Under the pieces are notes generated by a model. The model had not been told where the DNA came from, did no database searches, and was given only the letters and a program-made list of their open reading frames with translations. This document shows positions 8,742 to 19,360 of a DNA stretch of 45,334 nucleotides, piece after piece (the first letter of the stretch is position 1; every line of letters begins with the position of its first letter). A program made the translations under genes and the position numbers. The stretch is from PVC group bacterium (GTDB lineage Bacteria; Auribacterota; Erginobacteria; Erginobacterales; Erginobacteraceae): the NCBI GenBank assembly GCA_043804695.1, contig JAZDIV010000114.1, positions 1 through 45,334 of the forward strand, read 5' to 3'.

Positions 8742-10508
8742 TCATTCCCCCAGGGCTTTCCTCGCTTCCCGGATCAGCGTCTCTTTCGCCGGACCGGCCT
8801 CGATATGATCCCAGGGTAAAGGGTCTTCATACTCATACGAAGGATTCAGGTAATTCTCCATCCTGACCCCGGTTTTACGGAACGCCGCTTCCCATTTCTT
8901 TGCGCTGAAGCGCTCCGTCCATCCGTCAAAACGGCACCCTTCCACCCATGCCGCCCGGAGCACTTTTCCCAGGCGCCGGTCGCCCCGGGCGAATGTTCCT
9001 TCCAGCCGGCTCAATTCCACCGGGTGGAACTTGAGCTTCACTCTCCGTGAATGCACCAGCCGCCGCAGCACCCCCTTCCTCCGGATCATTTCGGCGGCGT
9101 CGGCCATCCCCGTCCACTGAAAAGGCGTCGCCGCCTTGGGGACAAAATTCGACACCGTCACGTTCAGCCCCCCTCCCCACCCGGCGGTTCGGTTGATGAT
9201 CTCCGCCATGGCGGCGAGGTCCTGATCGGTCTCGGTCGGCAGGCCGATCATGAAATAGAGCTTGAGGAGCCGCCAGCCCAGCTCGTGGAGCTTCCGGACG
9301 ACATCCCGGAAAAGATCGACGTCAAGATGCTTGTTGATCACCCCCTGCAGCCGCCGGCTGCCCGCTTCCGGGGCCAGGGTGATCCCACTTTTTTGCAGCC
9401 GTTTTACTTCTCTCAGGATCGGTTCGTTGACGGAGGCTATGTTCAGGGAGGGGAGCGAGAGGCGCGCCTTCTTTTCGGCCAGGACCGGAGAGAGCTCTTC
9501 CATCAGCCGAACGATCCCCCGGTAGTCGCCGGTGGAGAGGGAGAGCAGGGAAACCTCTTCGAACCCGCTCCCGTCAACCAGTCCGCGGGCCTGCTGGATG
9601 ACGATCCCGGGACTCTTCTCCCGGACCGGCCGTCCGATCCAGCCGGCCTGGCAGAACCGGCAGCCGCGCCGGCAGCCCCTCATGATCTCCACCACCCCCC
9701 GGTCGTGGACGATCTCGGTCACCGGGATCAGAGGACGCTCCACCCGCGAGCGGTTGATGTCCTTCAGTATACTCTTCTCCACCCGCTCCGGCGCCGATCC
9801 GTTGATCGGGGTGATGCTTCTGAAAAGGCCGGATTCGTCATACGCTGCCCGATAGAGAGAGGGGGCGTAGAGGCCGGAGACCCTCCCGACCAGGTCCTTC
9901 AGAACGTCATCTTTATTCCCGGGGCCCGGGCCTCCTCCCCCGCTTGCCCGCGCCTTTTGCTTCCAGGGCCGGTAGGCGGCAAGGATCTTTCCGATCGCCT
10001 CTTCCCCGTCGCCGATCAAAAAGAGGTCGAAGAAGTCGGCCAGCGGTTCCGGGTTGGTCGTGTTCGCTCCTCCCCCCAGGATCAGGGGATACTCCGGCCA
10101 GGGCCGCGCGCGGGCGTCAACCGGGATCCCGGCCAGATCCAGCATGGCGAGAATATTGGTGTAGGTAAGCTCCACCTGGAGAGAGAAACCCCAGATATCA
10201 AACCGGCCGGCCGGCGTGAAGGACTCCAGAGAGTAGAGCGGGATGCCCGCCCGGCGCATCGCCGCTTCCATGTCATTCCAGACAGCGAATGCCCGTTCCG
10301 CGGAGGCCCAGCTCAATCGGTTCACGATGTCGTAGATGATCCGGAGCCCGTGGTGGCTCATCCCGATCTCATAGAGGTCGGGATAACTGAGCAGCAGCCT
10401 GACCTCCGCCTCCGGACGGGAGACGGCGTTGATCTCCCCGCCGATATAGCGGGCCGGCCGCTCGACAAAGGGCAGAACCTCGGCTTCGAGTAAGTTTCTG
10501 ATATGCAT
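8742..10508 (-). CDS. TIGR03960 family B12-binding radical SAM protein
   Basis: VERPARYIGGEIN, YPDLYEIGMS, EIMRGCRRGCRFCQAG, KLYFMIGLPTET, LPWDHI. Confidence 0.93.
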   Translation of the reverse strand: MHIRNLLEAEVLPFVERPARYIGGEINAVSRPEAEVRLLLSYPDLYEIGMSHHGLRIIYDIVNRLSWASAERAFAVWNDMEAAMRRAGIPLYSLESFTPAGRFDIWGFSLQVELTYTNILAMLDLAGIPVDARARPWPEYPLILGGGANTTNPEPLADFFDLFLIGDGEEAIGKILAAYRPWKQKARASGGGGPGPGNKDDVLKDLVGRVSGLYAPSLYRAAYDESGLFRSITPINGSAPERVEKSILKDINRSRVERPLIPVTEIVHDRGVVEIMRGCRRGCRFCQAGWIGRPVREKSPGIVIQQARGLVDGSGFEEVSLLSLSTGDYRGIVRLMEELSPVLAEKKARLSLPSLNIASVNEPILREVKRLQKSGITLAPEAGSRRLQGVINKHLDVDLFRDVVRKLHELGWRLLKLYFMIGLPTETDQDLAAMAEIINRTAGWGGGLNVTVSNFVPKAATPFQWTGMADAAEMIRRKGVLRRLVHSRRVKLKFHPVELSRLEGTFARGDRRLGKVLRAAWVEGCRFDGWTERFSAKKWEAAFRKTGVRMENYLNPSYEYEDPLPWDHIEAGPAKETLIREARKALGE

Positions 10509-10550
10509 TGACAAAGATTGTTCGCTTGCGTTTCGTGAGGGTTGCTTATG

Positions 10551-10854
10551 AATGACTAAATCAGAATGTCGAAGCGCCTCCGCCGAAGCGGCTTCGGCGC
10601 TCTCGCGAAGACGGATGACGAATCAATGACTAAATCCGAATGTTAAGAACCTCTGCCGGAGCATCTTCGGTCTCTCGTCCTTACGCCCAATAGTGCTGCA
10701 ATGCACAGGAGAATGCGCTTACCTGACGGAGGCAGAATCCAAAAAACCGAGGCTCAAAAGCAAACCGCCCGCGAGGAGAAAAAGGTGATGCCGATTACAT
10801 TAGACATTTGGATTTTAATATTATTTCTGGTTTCGTCATTCGGATTTCGTCATT
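10551..10854. repeat. Heptamer-periodic inverted-repeat element (AATGACG / CGTCATT type)
   Basis: aatgactaaatcagaatg...aatgactaaatccgaatg versus ttcgtcattcggatttcgtcatt. Confidence 0.7.
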
Positions 10855-10913
10855 TAGAATAATATCTGGATTATCCACATTGACCCACATAAAATGGAAG
10901 AGAACCATAAAGA

Positions 10914-12011
10914 TTAATAGAAGTACCGGTGCGTGTACACGCTCTGGCACAGTCCCAGCAGGGCCAACACCGCCGTGGTCACCGAGCCCCCGTAGCTGAT
11001 CATCGGCAGCGGCAGCCCGGTGGCCGGGAGGAGGCCGGCCGCCATCCCGATGTTGATCCCGACATGGCTGGCCAGGACCAGGATCGCCCCCCCGACCAGG
11101 AGCTTGCCCGTCATTTCCCGGCACTTCAACGCTATCAGGAGAAGCCGGGAAAAAAGCACCCCGTACAGACCGAGCGTCAGCAGGCAGCCGGCAAATCCCC
11201 ACTCCTCGGCCAGCACCGAGAAGATAAAGTCGGTCTGGCGTTCGGGAAGGAAGCTCAGCATGTTCTGGGTCCCGGAGAGCCATCCTTTCCCCCAGATGCC
11301 GCCGGAGCCGATCGCTATCTTCGACTGCAGGATGGTATACCCGGCCCCGGATGGGTCAAGACCCGGGTTCAGAAAGACCAGGAGACGGGTCTTCTGGTAA
11401 TCCTTGAGGTAAAACCACGTCCCCGGAGCGAGCAGCGCCAGGATCAGGAGGATGATCAGGATATTCCTGACCCGGCCGCCGGCGACGAAGATCAGGCCCA
11501 GGGTCACCGGCAGGAAGATGAGGGCGGTTCCCAGATCCGGCTGCTGGCGGATCAGAAGAGCCGGAACGGCGGCCAGCCCGCAGGGGATAAAGATATAGGA
11601 CCAGCGGCTCCGGCGATCGTATTTAACGGTCAGGTAGCGGGAGAGCATCAGGATCAGGGTCACCTTGGCGTACTCCGACGGCTGGACGGTGAACCCTCCC
11701 AGCTGGATCCAGCGACGGGCTCCGTACCGGGACTCTCCCAGAGCCAGGATGACGACCAGCATCAGGGTCGTGCACCCGGCCAGAAAGTAGCCGCCGGCAA
11801 CGACCTTCCGGTAATCAGCCGCGGCCAGAAAAAAGAAAAGGAGAAGGCCCAGCGCCAGCCAGAAGACCTGCCGTTTAAAATAAAGGGTGCCGGTGGCCGC
11901 GCTCAGCTGGTAGGAAGCGCTGTAGACGGCCGTGGTGCCGAGGGCGGAGAGCGCCAGTATAACTACCAGAAGCGTCCAATCCATATATCTGAGATTTCGC
12001 AACGGATTCAT
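10914..12011 (-). CDS. rodA: Rod shape-determining protein RodA (SEDS family)
   Basis: GARRWI, QPSEYAK, QPDLGTA, LPERQTDFIFS, LPMISYGGS. Confidence 0.97.
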   Translation of the reverse strand: MNPLRNLRYMDWTLLVVILALSALGTTAVYSASYQLSAATGTLYFKRQVFWLALGLLLFFFLAAADYRKVVAGGYFLAGCTTLMLVVILALGESRYGARRWIQLGGFTVQPSEYAKVTLILMLSRYLTVKYDRRSRWSYIFIPCGLAAVPALLIRQQPDLGTALIFLPVTLGLIFVAGGRVRNILIILLILALLAPGTWFYLKDYQKTRLLVFLNPGLDPSGAGYTILQSKIAIGSGGIWGKGWLSGTQNMLSFLPERQTDFIFSVLAEEWGFAGCLLTLGLYGVLFSRLLLIALKCREMTGKLLVGGAILVLASHVGINIGMAAGLLPATGLPLPMISYGGSVTTAVLALLGLCQSVYTHRYFY

Positions 12012-12100
12012 TATTAAAATTTTTACGGAGTAAAAATTTTAATCCATTACTCCACTATTCCAGTACTCCACCACTCCATTTTATCTTCACCCGGATAACA

Positions 12101-13885
12101 CTAACTCTCTGGTTTATCTTTTAAACGCGTCTTGGTGTCGAAGTATCTCCGCATGAATTCCCCCGCCAGCGGCGCCGCCGACTGTCCGCCCGAAGCCGCG
12201 TCTTCCAGAAGAACTGCCAGAACAACCTCCGGCTCATCCGCCGGCGCCAGAGCCAGAAACCAGGCGTCCGTGTCGTATTCGGGGGGAGAGCCTACTTGAA
12301 CCGTACCCGTTTTCCCGGCAATTGTAATCGACGGCTGGGCGGCCAGATGCCCGGTTCCGTCCACCTCGTTGACAACCCGTGTCATCCCCGAGAGCACTTC
12401 CCCCCAGATCTTTTTCGGGATGTCGATCCGCTTTTTGACCGCCGGATCTTCTCTCTTGATGACACGCCCGTCCGGGGCCGTTATCCTGCCGACAATCCTC
12501 GGCCGGTAGAGCGTGCCTTTTTCGGCGATCAGGCAGCCCAGGACCGCCATCTGGAGCGGCGTCACCAGAAGATACCCCTGCCCGATGGAGAGGTTGATCG
12601 TATCCCCGGGATACCATGGTTCGCCCACGATTTCCTGCTTCCAGGAGCGGCCGGGAACGACTCCGGGGCTCTCACCTTTTATCTCCACCCCGGACCGTTC
12701 GCCCATGCCCAGCTCCCGGGCCAGGGCGGCGATCCGGTCCACCCCCAGCTCCAGGCCCAGGTTATAAAAATAGACGTTGCAGGAATGCTTGATCGCCTCC
12801 TGAAGACAGACCGGACCGTGGCCGGCTGGCCGCCAGCAGTGAAAAACCCTCCCTCCCAGGACAAATATCCCCGGACAGGTATACGTCGTCGCCGGGGTGG
12901 CGATCCGGGTACTCAGCGCGCCCAGGGCGATGACGAGCTTGAAGGGTGAGCCCGGCGGATATTCCCCGCTCAGGGCCCGGTTCAGGAAGGGAGCGTCGGG
13001 ATTGGCGAATATGCTGTCGGCGTCTTCCCGGCGGACCGGCCGGATCAGGAGGTTGGGGTTGAATGATGGGTGGCTGACCATGGCCAGGATGTCGCCGTTG
13101 CGGGGATCCATCGCCACCGCCGCCCCTTTCCACCCCTCCATCAGTTCATCCAGGATCTCCTGCGCCCGGATATCCATCGTCAGGTGGATGTCATCGCCGG
13201 GGAGAGGCTCCGTCCGGTTCAATACCCGGTCCCGGTAGAGCCGGGCGTTCACCTGAAGCCGTTCGATGCCGGGTCGTCCCTTCAGGTAACGGTCATAGGC
13301 GTCTTCCACTCCCATCTTGCCGATATCGTCCTGGGCGCGGTAGCCGGAATCTTGCAGCTGATCGAGTTCTCCCGGGCTGATCTGCCCGACATAGCCGAGC
13401 AGGTGAAAGGGGACGGACCCGTATGGGTAATGCCGGACCGGGTTGACCTGCACGTCAACCCCCGCCAGCTCCGGGCTCCGTTCCTTGAGGGCGGTCGCCG
13501 CCACGATGCCGACATCGGCCGCCAGCCGCACCGGCTCGAAGGGCCGCTCGCCGAAGGTGTCCAGACGGGCATTCAAGCGTTCCGCCGGGATGTTCAGAAC
13601 AATGCTCAAAAACGCGATCAGCCTTTCCCGATTTTCTATCTCGGTGGGATTGGCTACCACGTCAAAACTGGGGCGGTTGTCGGCCAGCACCACCCCGTTG
13701 CGGTCGAAGATCTTCCCCCGCGGCGGGGGGATGCGCACCAGGCGGATCCGGTTCCTGACGGCGCGATCCTGATACTCTTCTCCCTTCACCACCTGCATGT
13801 ACCAGAGGGTGATGACGATGACCGCCCCCCAGACGAGCAGGAAGACGGCGAGAACCCGGAGCCGCGCGTCGATTGATTTTTTCAA
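12101..13885 (-). CDS. mrdA: Penicillin-binding protein 2
   Basis: PPRGKIFDRNG, GSPFK (SxxK), SCNVYFY, KTGT motifs. Confidence 0.96.
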   Translation of the reverse strand: MKKSIDARLRVLAVFLLVWGAVIVITLWYMQVVKGEEYQDRAVRNRIRLVRIPPPRGKIFDRNGVVLADNRPSFDVVANPTEIENRERLIAFLSIVLNIPAERLNARLDTFGERPFEPVRLAADVGIVAATALKERSPELAGVDVQVNPVRHYPYGSVPFHLLGYVGQISPGELDQLQDSGYRAQDDIGKMGVEDAYDRYLKGRPGIERLQVNARLYRDRVLNRTEPLPGDDIHLTMDIRAQEILDELMEGWKGAAVAMDPRNGDILAMVSHPSFNPNLLIRPVRREDADSIFANPDAPFLNRALSGEYPPGSPFKLVIALGALSTRIATPATTYTCPGIFVLGGRVFHCWRPAGHGPVCLQEAIKHSCNVYFYNLGLELGVDRIAALARELGMGERSGVEIKGESPGVVPGRSWKQEIVGEPWYPGDTINLSIGQGYLLVTPLQMAVLGCLIAEKGTLYRPRIVGRITAPDGRVIKREDPAVKKRIDIPKKIWGEVLSGMTRVVNEVDGTGHLAAQPSITIAGKTGTVQVGSPPEYDTDAWFLALAPADEPEVVLAVLLEDAASGGQSAAPLAGEFMRRYFDTKTRLKDKPES

Positions 13886-14155
13886 TTAAAAGTTATCTCC
13901 CGCAGTCTACCCCGATTCATCGGGGTTCGCAACTTGGGGGGAAAGGTTGCGGTTGCGCGGCTCGAATCGGTTGCGTGGAACGGTTGCGGAGCCAAGCCGT
14001 CCGCAACCCTTCCCCGTTCAACGTTTCGAGCAACGTCCTTCGATCCCGAAAGATCTCAGGATCTGAGGGACAACCGTTCAACGATAGCCGTTTTATTAAT
14101 TTATTGTCCCGACTCATTCCCGATGCAATCGGGGCCATTCGGGTTTCGTCATTCG

Positions 14156-14746
14156 TCATTCCATTTCCTTTTCTTCGCGGCCTTCGCGGTTCATTGATCC
14201 CGGCGATTTCTCCCTCCCCAGAGCCCGATCCGTCAGCCACAGCCAGAGAGGCGAGACCAGGGTGGTCTGCCAGACGGCGGGCCAGATCACGTCGCGCCAG
14301 GCGGCGGACCAGGCCGGCGGTGAGGAGAAAATCACCAGCAAAAGATAATAGAGCAGCCCGTTGACACCTGACGCGGCCGCCACCATGACAACCCGGGTGG
14401 TCAGATGTCCCCGGTAGAGCGAGCTGCTGAAGAACGCCGCCAGCATTCCCGTCGCCGCCAGGGTGAGTGAGTGCAGCCCCAGAACCCCGGCCGAGAAGAG
14501 GTCGGCCAGAAACCCCCCCGCCATCCCCGAGAACCACCCCGCGGTCAAGCCTTCCTGCAGGGACCAGTAAACCACCACGATCAGGACCAGGTCAGGGCGA
14601 AAATCGAATAGGAGGCCGGATTTCCCCGCGGACCCCTGGATGACGACCGCGGCCAGGAAAAAAAGGAAGAGCACGAACCTGACCCGCCATTTCCTCCCCC
14701 GGGCGGGGATGAAGTGATGGATGGGGCGGCGGACAGTGATATTCAT
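14156..14746 (-). CDS. mreD: Rod shape-determining protein MreD (start uncertain)
   Basis: RPDLVLIVVVY, GFLADL; hydrophobic; lies between mreC and mrdA. Confidence 0.88.
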   Translation of the reverse strand: MNITVRRPIHHFIPARGRKWRVRFVLFLFFLAAVVIQGSAGKSGLLFDFRPDLVLIVVVYWSLQEGLTAGWFSGMAGGFLADLFSAGVLGLHSLTLAATGMLAAFFSSSLYRGHLTTRVVMVAAASGVNGLLYYLLLVIFSSPPAWSAAWRDVIWPAVWQTTLVSPLWLWLTDRALGREKSPGSMNREGREEKEME

Positions 14747-14859
14747 ATCTTGTGAATAAATACAGTGATCTGCTTAATCATAACTCCATCACTCCGTTAT
14801 TCTAACCCGGCTGTTTGAATTAAAATCAAACCGCGGCGAACCGGGGAGAGATATCTGCA

Positions 14860-15639
14860 TCACTGCAGCACCATTACCTGTTCCAGGCGGTCAAAGCGGG
14901 TGGCCGGCTCCAGGTCGGCATACTGGTACAGCCCGAACTCCTGTTCATAAACGCCGGTGATGGTGCCGATGAGAAGGCCGGGAGGGTATATCTGCCCGAG
15001 ACCGGAAGTGATGACGGCCTCCCCGGGCAGGATCGGGGGGCGGCGGGGAAGGTACTTCATCACGCACCCTCCATCAGTCGTTCCCTCCACAATCCCGGTC
15101 TGGCGGGAACTCTGGATCATCCCCCCCACCCCGCTGGTCCGGTCGATGATCAGCAATACCCGGCTCAGGTGGGGAGCGACCTCGACCACCTTTCCCACCA
15201 CCCCCCGGGCCGACACCACCGCCGCTTCCCTGACCACCCCGTCAGCGCCGCCCTTGTCGATCAAGATGCTCTGGTTCCAGTGGTAGATATCCCGGCCGAT
15301 GACCCGGGCCACCACTCCGCTGTAGCGCTGTTTCCGCTTGAAGTCGAGCAGGGATCTCAGCGCCTCATTTTCATTCTCGACCTCTCTCAGGCGGGCGACC
15401 TCGACCGTCAGGAAAGCGTTTTGTTCTTCCAGACGGGGATTGATCCGGGCGGCCTGGATGATCCGGCCGATATTCTCCGCCAGGACGCCCGCCGGCAAGA
15501 AGACAGCGGCGGCGGCGGAATGGATCGGGGCGGCGACCTCGGCCAGACGGATCTTCAGGAAAGCGGAGAAAGAAGGAGAGAGACTGAGAAGGATGATCAG
15601 AAAGAGCGCGACCGCCACCGCGACGACAATCCTCCTCAT
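14860..15639 (-). CDS. mreC: Rod shape-determining protein MreC
   Basis: ENEALRSLL coiled coil, IDKGGADGV, TSGLGQIYPPGLLIG. Confidence 0.95.
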   Translation of the reverse strand: MRRIVVAVAVALFLIILLSLSPSFSAFLKIRLAEVAAPIHSAAAAVFLPAGVLAENIGRIIQAARINPRLEEQNAFLTVEVARLREVENENEALRSLLDFKRKQRYSGVVARVIGRDIYHWNQSILIDKGGADGVVREAAVVSARGVVGKVVEVAPHLSRVLLIIDRTSGVGGMIQSSRQTGIVEGTTDGGCVMKYLPRRPPILPGEAVITSGLGQIYPPGLLIGTITGVYEQEFGLYQYADLEPATRFDRLEQVMVLQ

Positions 15640-15654
15640 GGCATCGGCTCCCGA

Positions 15655-16695
15655 CTACAGGCTCGATTTTTCGGCGACCACGATTTTTTTCAGGAAACGG
15701 AGTTCCTGCAGCACCTTCCCGGTTCCCAGCACGACCGACTCAATCGGCTCATCGGCCACGTGGACCGGGAGCCCGGTCTCCTCGGCGAGCAGCTTATCGA
15801 GCCCCCGGAGCAGGGCGCCCCCGCCGGCCAGAACCATGCCCCGATCGACCAGGTCGGCCGACAGCTCGGGAGGACACCGTTCCAGGCTGATCCGGACCGC
15901 CTCGATGATGGTGGAGATCGGTTCCGCAATCGCCTCCCGCACTTCCTCGGAGTTGACGATCATGGTCTTGGGAAGACCCGCCACCAGGTCCCGGCCCTTG
16001 ACCTCCATGGTCAGCTCTTCCTCCAGGGGATAGGTGGAGCCGATGTTGATCTTGATCATCTCCGCCATCCGGGGGCCGATCAGGAGATTGTAGGTCCGTT
16101 TCAGATACTGGATGATCGCCTCGTCCATCTCATCCCCGCCCACCCGGACCGAGCGGCTGAAGACGATGCCCGCCAGGGAGATGATGGCAACCTCCGAGGT
16201 GCCTCCCCCGATGTCGACGATCATGTTCCCGGCCGCTTCCTGGACCGGGAGACCGACCCCGATGGCGGCGGCCATCGGTTCCTCGATCAGGTAGACCTCG
16301 CGGGCCCCGGCATGCTCGGCGGAGTCCTTCACCGCCCGCTTCTCAACCTCGGTGATCCCGGAAGGGATCGCGACCACGATCCGGGGACGGATCAGCGCCT
16401 TGCGGTTATGGACCTTGCGGATGAAGTACCGGAGCATGCTCTCCGTGATCTCGAAGTCGGCGATCACCCCGTCCTTGAGCGGGCGGATGGCCACGATGCT
16501 GCCCGGGGTTCTTCCCAGCATGTTCTTGGCCTCTTCGCCCACCGCCAGAACATTGTTGGTTCCTTTCTGGATGGCGACCACGGAGGGTTCGTTGAGAACG
16601 ATGCCGCGCCCTTTGACAAAGACCAGGGTTGAGGCGGTGCCGAGATCAATCCCCATGTCCGCGGAAAACATCCCCAGAATGCGATCGAATAGCAT
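15655..16695 (-). CDS. mreB: Actin-like rod shape protein MreB
   Basis: [33 protein letters not shown]. Confidence 0.98.
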   Translation of the reverse strand: MLFDRILGMFSADMGIDLGTASTLVFVKGRGIVLNEPSVVAIQKGTNNVLAVGEEAKNMLGRTPGSIVAIRPLKDGVIADFEITESMLRYFIRKVHNRKALIRPRIVVAIPSGITEVEKRAVKDSAEHAGAREVYLIEEPMAAAIGVGLPVQEAAGNMIVDIGGGTSEVAIISLAGIVFSRSVRVGGDEMDEAIIQYLKRTYNLLIGPRMAEMIKINIGSTYPLEEELTMEVKGRDLVAGLPKTMIVNSEEVREAIAEPISTIIEAVRISLERCPPELSADLVDRGMVLAGGGALLRGLDKLLAEETGLPVHVADEPIESVVLGTGKVLQELRFLKKIVVAEKSSL

Positions 16696-16831
16696 TGTAT
16701 TCCTCCTTGAAATTTTCCTGCGGAAAATTTTAATATCATAAATTAGCGAGCGTAGCGAGCTAATTTATAATAATAGGGTATTTTACAATTATGGCAAGGA
16801 GAAATCGGCTCCTCTGCCGGAGCGGCCCCCT

Positions 16832-18118
16832 TCATCCCTCGATCAGAAAGGACCTGAAATCCCCCAGGGCCCGGTCCTCGATCAGGACTTCCACGTAGAC
16901 ATCCTTCTGGTGGTAATCGATCTTGACGACCTTCCCGTCCCGGTAAAGCCGGGAGATAAGGTCGGGCCGGCGCTGCGGTATCAGCAGCCGGTGATGCCGC
17001 CGAAGGGTCGCCAGATCAAGCTGTTCGTCGATCGCCGTCAGGAGTTCGGCCAGGCCGGTCTTCCTGAGCGCCGAGATCGGCACCCCTCCCTCCAGCCGGG
17101 CCCGGGCCTCGCTGATCAGAAAAGGATCGGATACCAGGTCGGTCTTGTTCAGCGCCACGATCATCGGCTTTCCTTCCGCTTCCATCTCCCTCAAGACCGC
17201 CTCCACGGCCTTCTTCCGCTCCCAGACCAGCCGGTGCGATATATCCAGCACCTCCAGGAGAAGATCGGCTTCCCTGACTTCCTCGATGGTGGCCCGGAAC
17301 GAATCGAACAGGTCGCGGGGCAGGCTGCGGATGAATCCGACCGTGTCGCTGAAAAGAACCGGCCGCCCTGAGGGGAGCACCTCCTTCCGGGTGATCGGGT
17401 CGAGGGTGGCGAAGAGCTTGTCCTCGGCCAGAACCGACGCCTCGGTCAGGGCGTTGAGAAGGGTGGACTTGCCGGAGTTGGTGTAGCCGATGATCGAGAT
17501 GACGGGCACCCCGGTCTGGGTGCGGTGCTTCCTCTGCGCGTCCCGGTGGAGCCGGACCTTCTCGATCTCCTTCTCCAGGCGGTGAATCCTGGTCCGGGCC
17601 ATCCTCCGGTCGACTTCGACCTGTTTTTCTCCCGCGTCCCGGGTCCCCATCATCCCCCCCTTCTGCCGGGACAGGTGGGTCCAGGCTCCGGCCAGACGGG
17701 GCAGCGCGTACCGGAGCTGGGCCAGCTCGATCTGGAGCCGTGCCTCCCGGGTCCGGGCCCGCCGGGCGAAGATGTTCAGTATCAGCTCGGTGCGGTCGTT
17801 GACCTTCACGCCGGTCAGGTCCTGCAGGTTTTTAAGCTGGACCGGAGAGAGATCCCCGTTGAAGACCAGGACCGCGATGCTCTCCTGCCGGCAGCGGCCG
17901 GCGATCTCCTTCGCCTTACCGGGGCCGACGTAGGTGGCGGGATGCGGCCGGGTCCGCCGGGAGACGTCTTCCCCGATGATCTTCAGCCCGGCCGTCTCGG
18001 CCAGCTGGGAGAGCTCGGCCAGCATGTCTTGGATGTCCCATCGATCCGACCGCGGAGACTCGACCCCGACCAGGAGGGCCCGGCGGTCCGGCTCCATTTC
18101 TTTTTTGATTTCGATCAT
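16832..18118 (-). CDS. hflX: GTPase HflX
   Basis: GYTNSGKSTL, LFATLDP, DTVGFI, NKTD. Confidence 0.97.
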   Translation of the reverse strand: MIEIKKEMEPDRRALLVGVESPRSDRWDIQDMLAELSQLAETAGLKIIGEDVSRRTRPHPATYVGPGKAKEIAGRCRQESIAVLVFNGDLSPVQLKNLQDLTGVKVNDRTELILNIFARRARTREARLQIELAQLRYALPRLAGAWTHLSRQKGGMMGTRDAGEKQVEVDRRMARTRIHRLEKEIEKVRLHRDAQRKHRTQTGVPVISIIGYTNSGKSTLLNALTEASVLAEDKLFATLDPITRKEVLPSGRPVLFSDTVGFIRSLPRDLFDSFRATIEEVREADLLLEVLDISHRLVWERKKAVEAVLREMEAEGKPMIVALNKTDLVSDPFLISEARARLEGGVPISALRKTGLAELLTAIDEQLDLATLRRHHRLLIPQRRPDLISRLYRDGKVVKIDYHQKDVYVEVLIEDRALGDFRSFLIEG

Positions 18119-18153
18119 AAAATTTTCCTCTGGAAAATTTTAACCCGAGCTAA

Positions 18154-19278
18154 TCAAAGCTTATTTTCCGGGTCGGATTCCGACATTCTTTCCGGTTTCG
18201 CCATTGAGTACCGACGCTTCAGCGCAAACTGATTTTTGCCGATGTCCAGGATATCCATCACCCCGGCCAGCGCGTCCTCCGGCTGGTCGGCGGGGGCGAG
18301 GTCAACCCAGCGGATTCTCTGGTCTTTCCGCCACCAGGTCAGCTGGCGCCTGGCGAGATGCCGGGTGTTGGCCGCCAGGCGCCGAACGGCCTCCTCCCGG
18401 GAATACTCGCCGCTCAAGTAACCGATCGCTTCTTTGCAACCCAGCGCCTGCCGGGCGATCCGGTTTTCCCGGATGCCCCGCTCCAGGAGCCGCCCGGTCT
18501 CTTCAACCAGCCCCCGCTCGAACATCTCCTCCGCCCGCCGGTTGATCCGGGCGTATAAATCATCCCGGTCCCGCCGGAGCCCAACCATTATATAGGCAGT
18601 GGACATTGGGCAGTGGGCAGTAGTCGGCTTTTTCCCGGCAAGAAGGGCGCCCGGCTCTTTGCGCTCTGCTCTTTGCCCCGTATCGTTCGACGTTGGACGT
18701 TGGACGTTCGACGTTCGATGTTCGTCTTTCCTCCCCCACTGCGTCTGCCATCGGGAAATGGGAATACCGGTCGCCTCGTACACTTCCAGGGCCCGGATAA
18801 TTCTCTTCCGGTTGTTCGGATGAATACGCCGGGCGGCGGCCGGGTCCACGTCCCCAAGAAGCCGGTGCAGGTACCCCGGCCCTTTCTCGTTTTCTTCCCT
18901 CTCCAGGCGATCCCGGCAGGCACGGTCGGCGGCGGGGCCCGGGAAGAGCCCGTCCACCAGGACCCTGATATACAACCCGGCCCCGCCGACCACGATCGGG
19001 ACTGCCGGCCGTCTCCAGATCTCGGCGATCAGGGGACCGGCCAACTCGCGGAACCGGGCCGCCGTGTACTGCTCGGACAGGTCGAGGATATCGATCAGGT
19101 GGTGGGGGACACGGGCGAGTTCCCGGGGAGAGGGCTTGGCGGAGGCGATATCCAGCCCCCGGTAGACCTGGAATGCATCGGCGCTGATGATCTCTCCGCC
19201 GATCTTCTCTGCCAGAAGGATCGAGACCTCGGTCTTGCCGACCGCGGTCGGCCCCAGGATAATCAACGTCTCATCCAA
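18154..19278 (-). CDS. miaA: tRNA dimethylallyltransferase with repeat-derived in-frame insertion
   Basis: GPTAVGKT, ISADAFQVYRGLDI, VPHHLID, IHPNN..RIIRALEV, RRQLTW. Confidence 0.95.
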   Translation of the reverse strand: MDETLIILGPTAVGKTEVSILLAEKIGGEIISADAFQVYRGLDIASAKPSPRELARVPHHLIDILDLSEQYTAARFRELAGPLIAEIWRRPAVPIVVGGAGLYIRVLVDGLFPGPAADRACRDRLEREENEKGPGYLHRLLGDVDPAAARRIHPNNRKRIIRALEVYEATGIPISRWQTQWGRKDEHRTSNVQRPTSNDTGQRAERKEPGALLAGKKPTTAHCPMSTAYIMVGLRRDRDDLYARINRRAEEMFERGLVEETGRLLERGIRENRIARQALGCKEAIGYLSGEYSREEAVRRLAANTRHLARRQLTWWRKDQRIRWVDLAPADQPEDALAGVMDILDIGKNQFALKRRYSMAKPERMSESDPENKL

Positions 19279-19360
19279 TGTCCAAGCCCTGATTAATAAC
19301 TGGTGGCAATCTGAAGACCGCCACTACGAACGGGCTCAAGCCCCGTAGCGGCGACCTTCA

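Noticed and set aside
10700..10750. EAESKK peptide inside a heptamer IR, resembling four-helix-bundle proteins
   Set aside because: A six-residue match with no supporting ORF; could be chance.
14670..14700. Alternative mreD start (GGAGG-AA-ATG) implying a frameshift at a T7 tract
   Set aside because: SD spacing is too short and the annotated frame is open throughout.
18154..18204. MAKPERMSESDP tail of MiaA as an hfq remnant
   Set aside because: Superficial similarity only; no Sm motifs.
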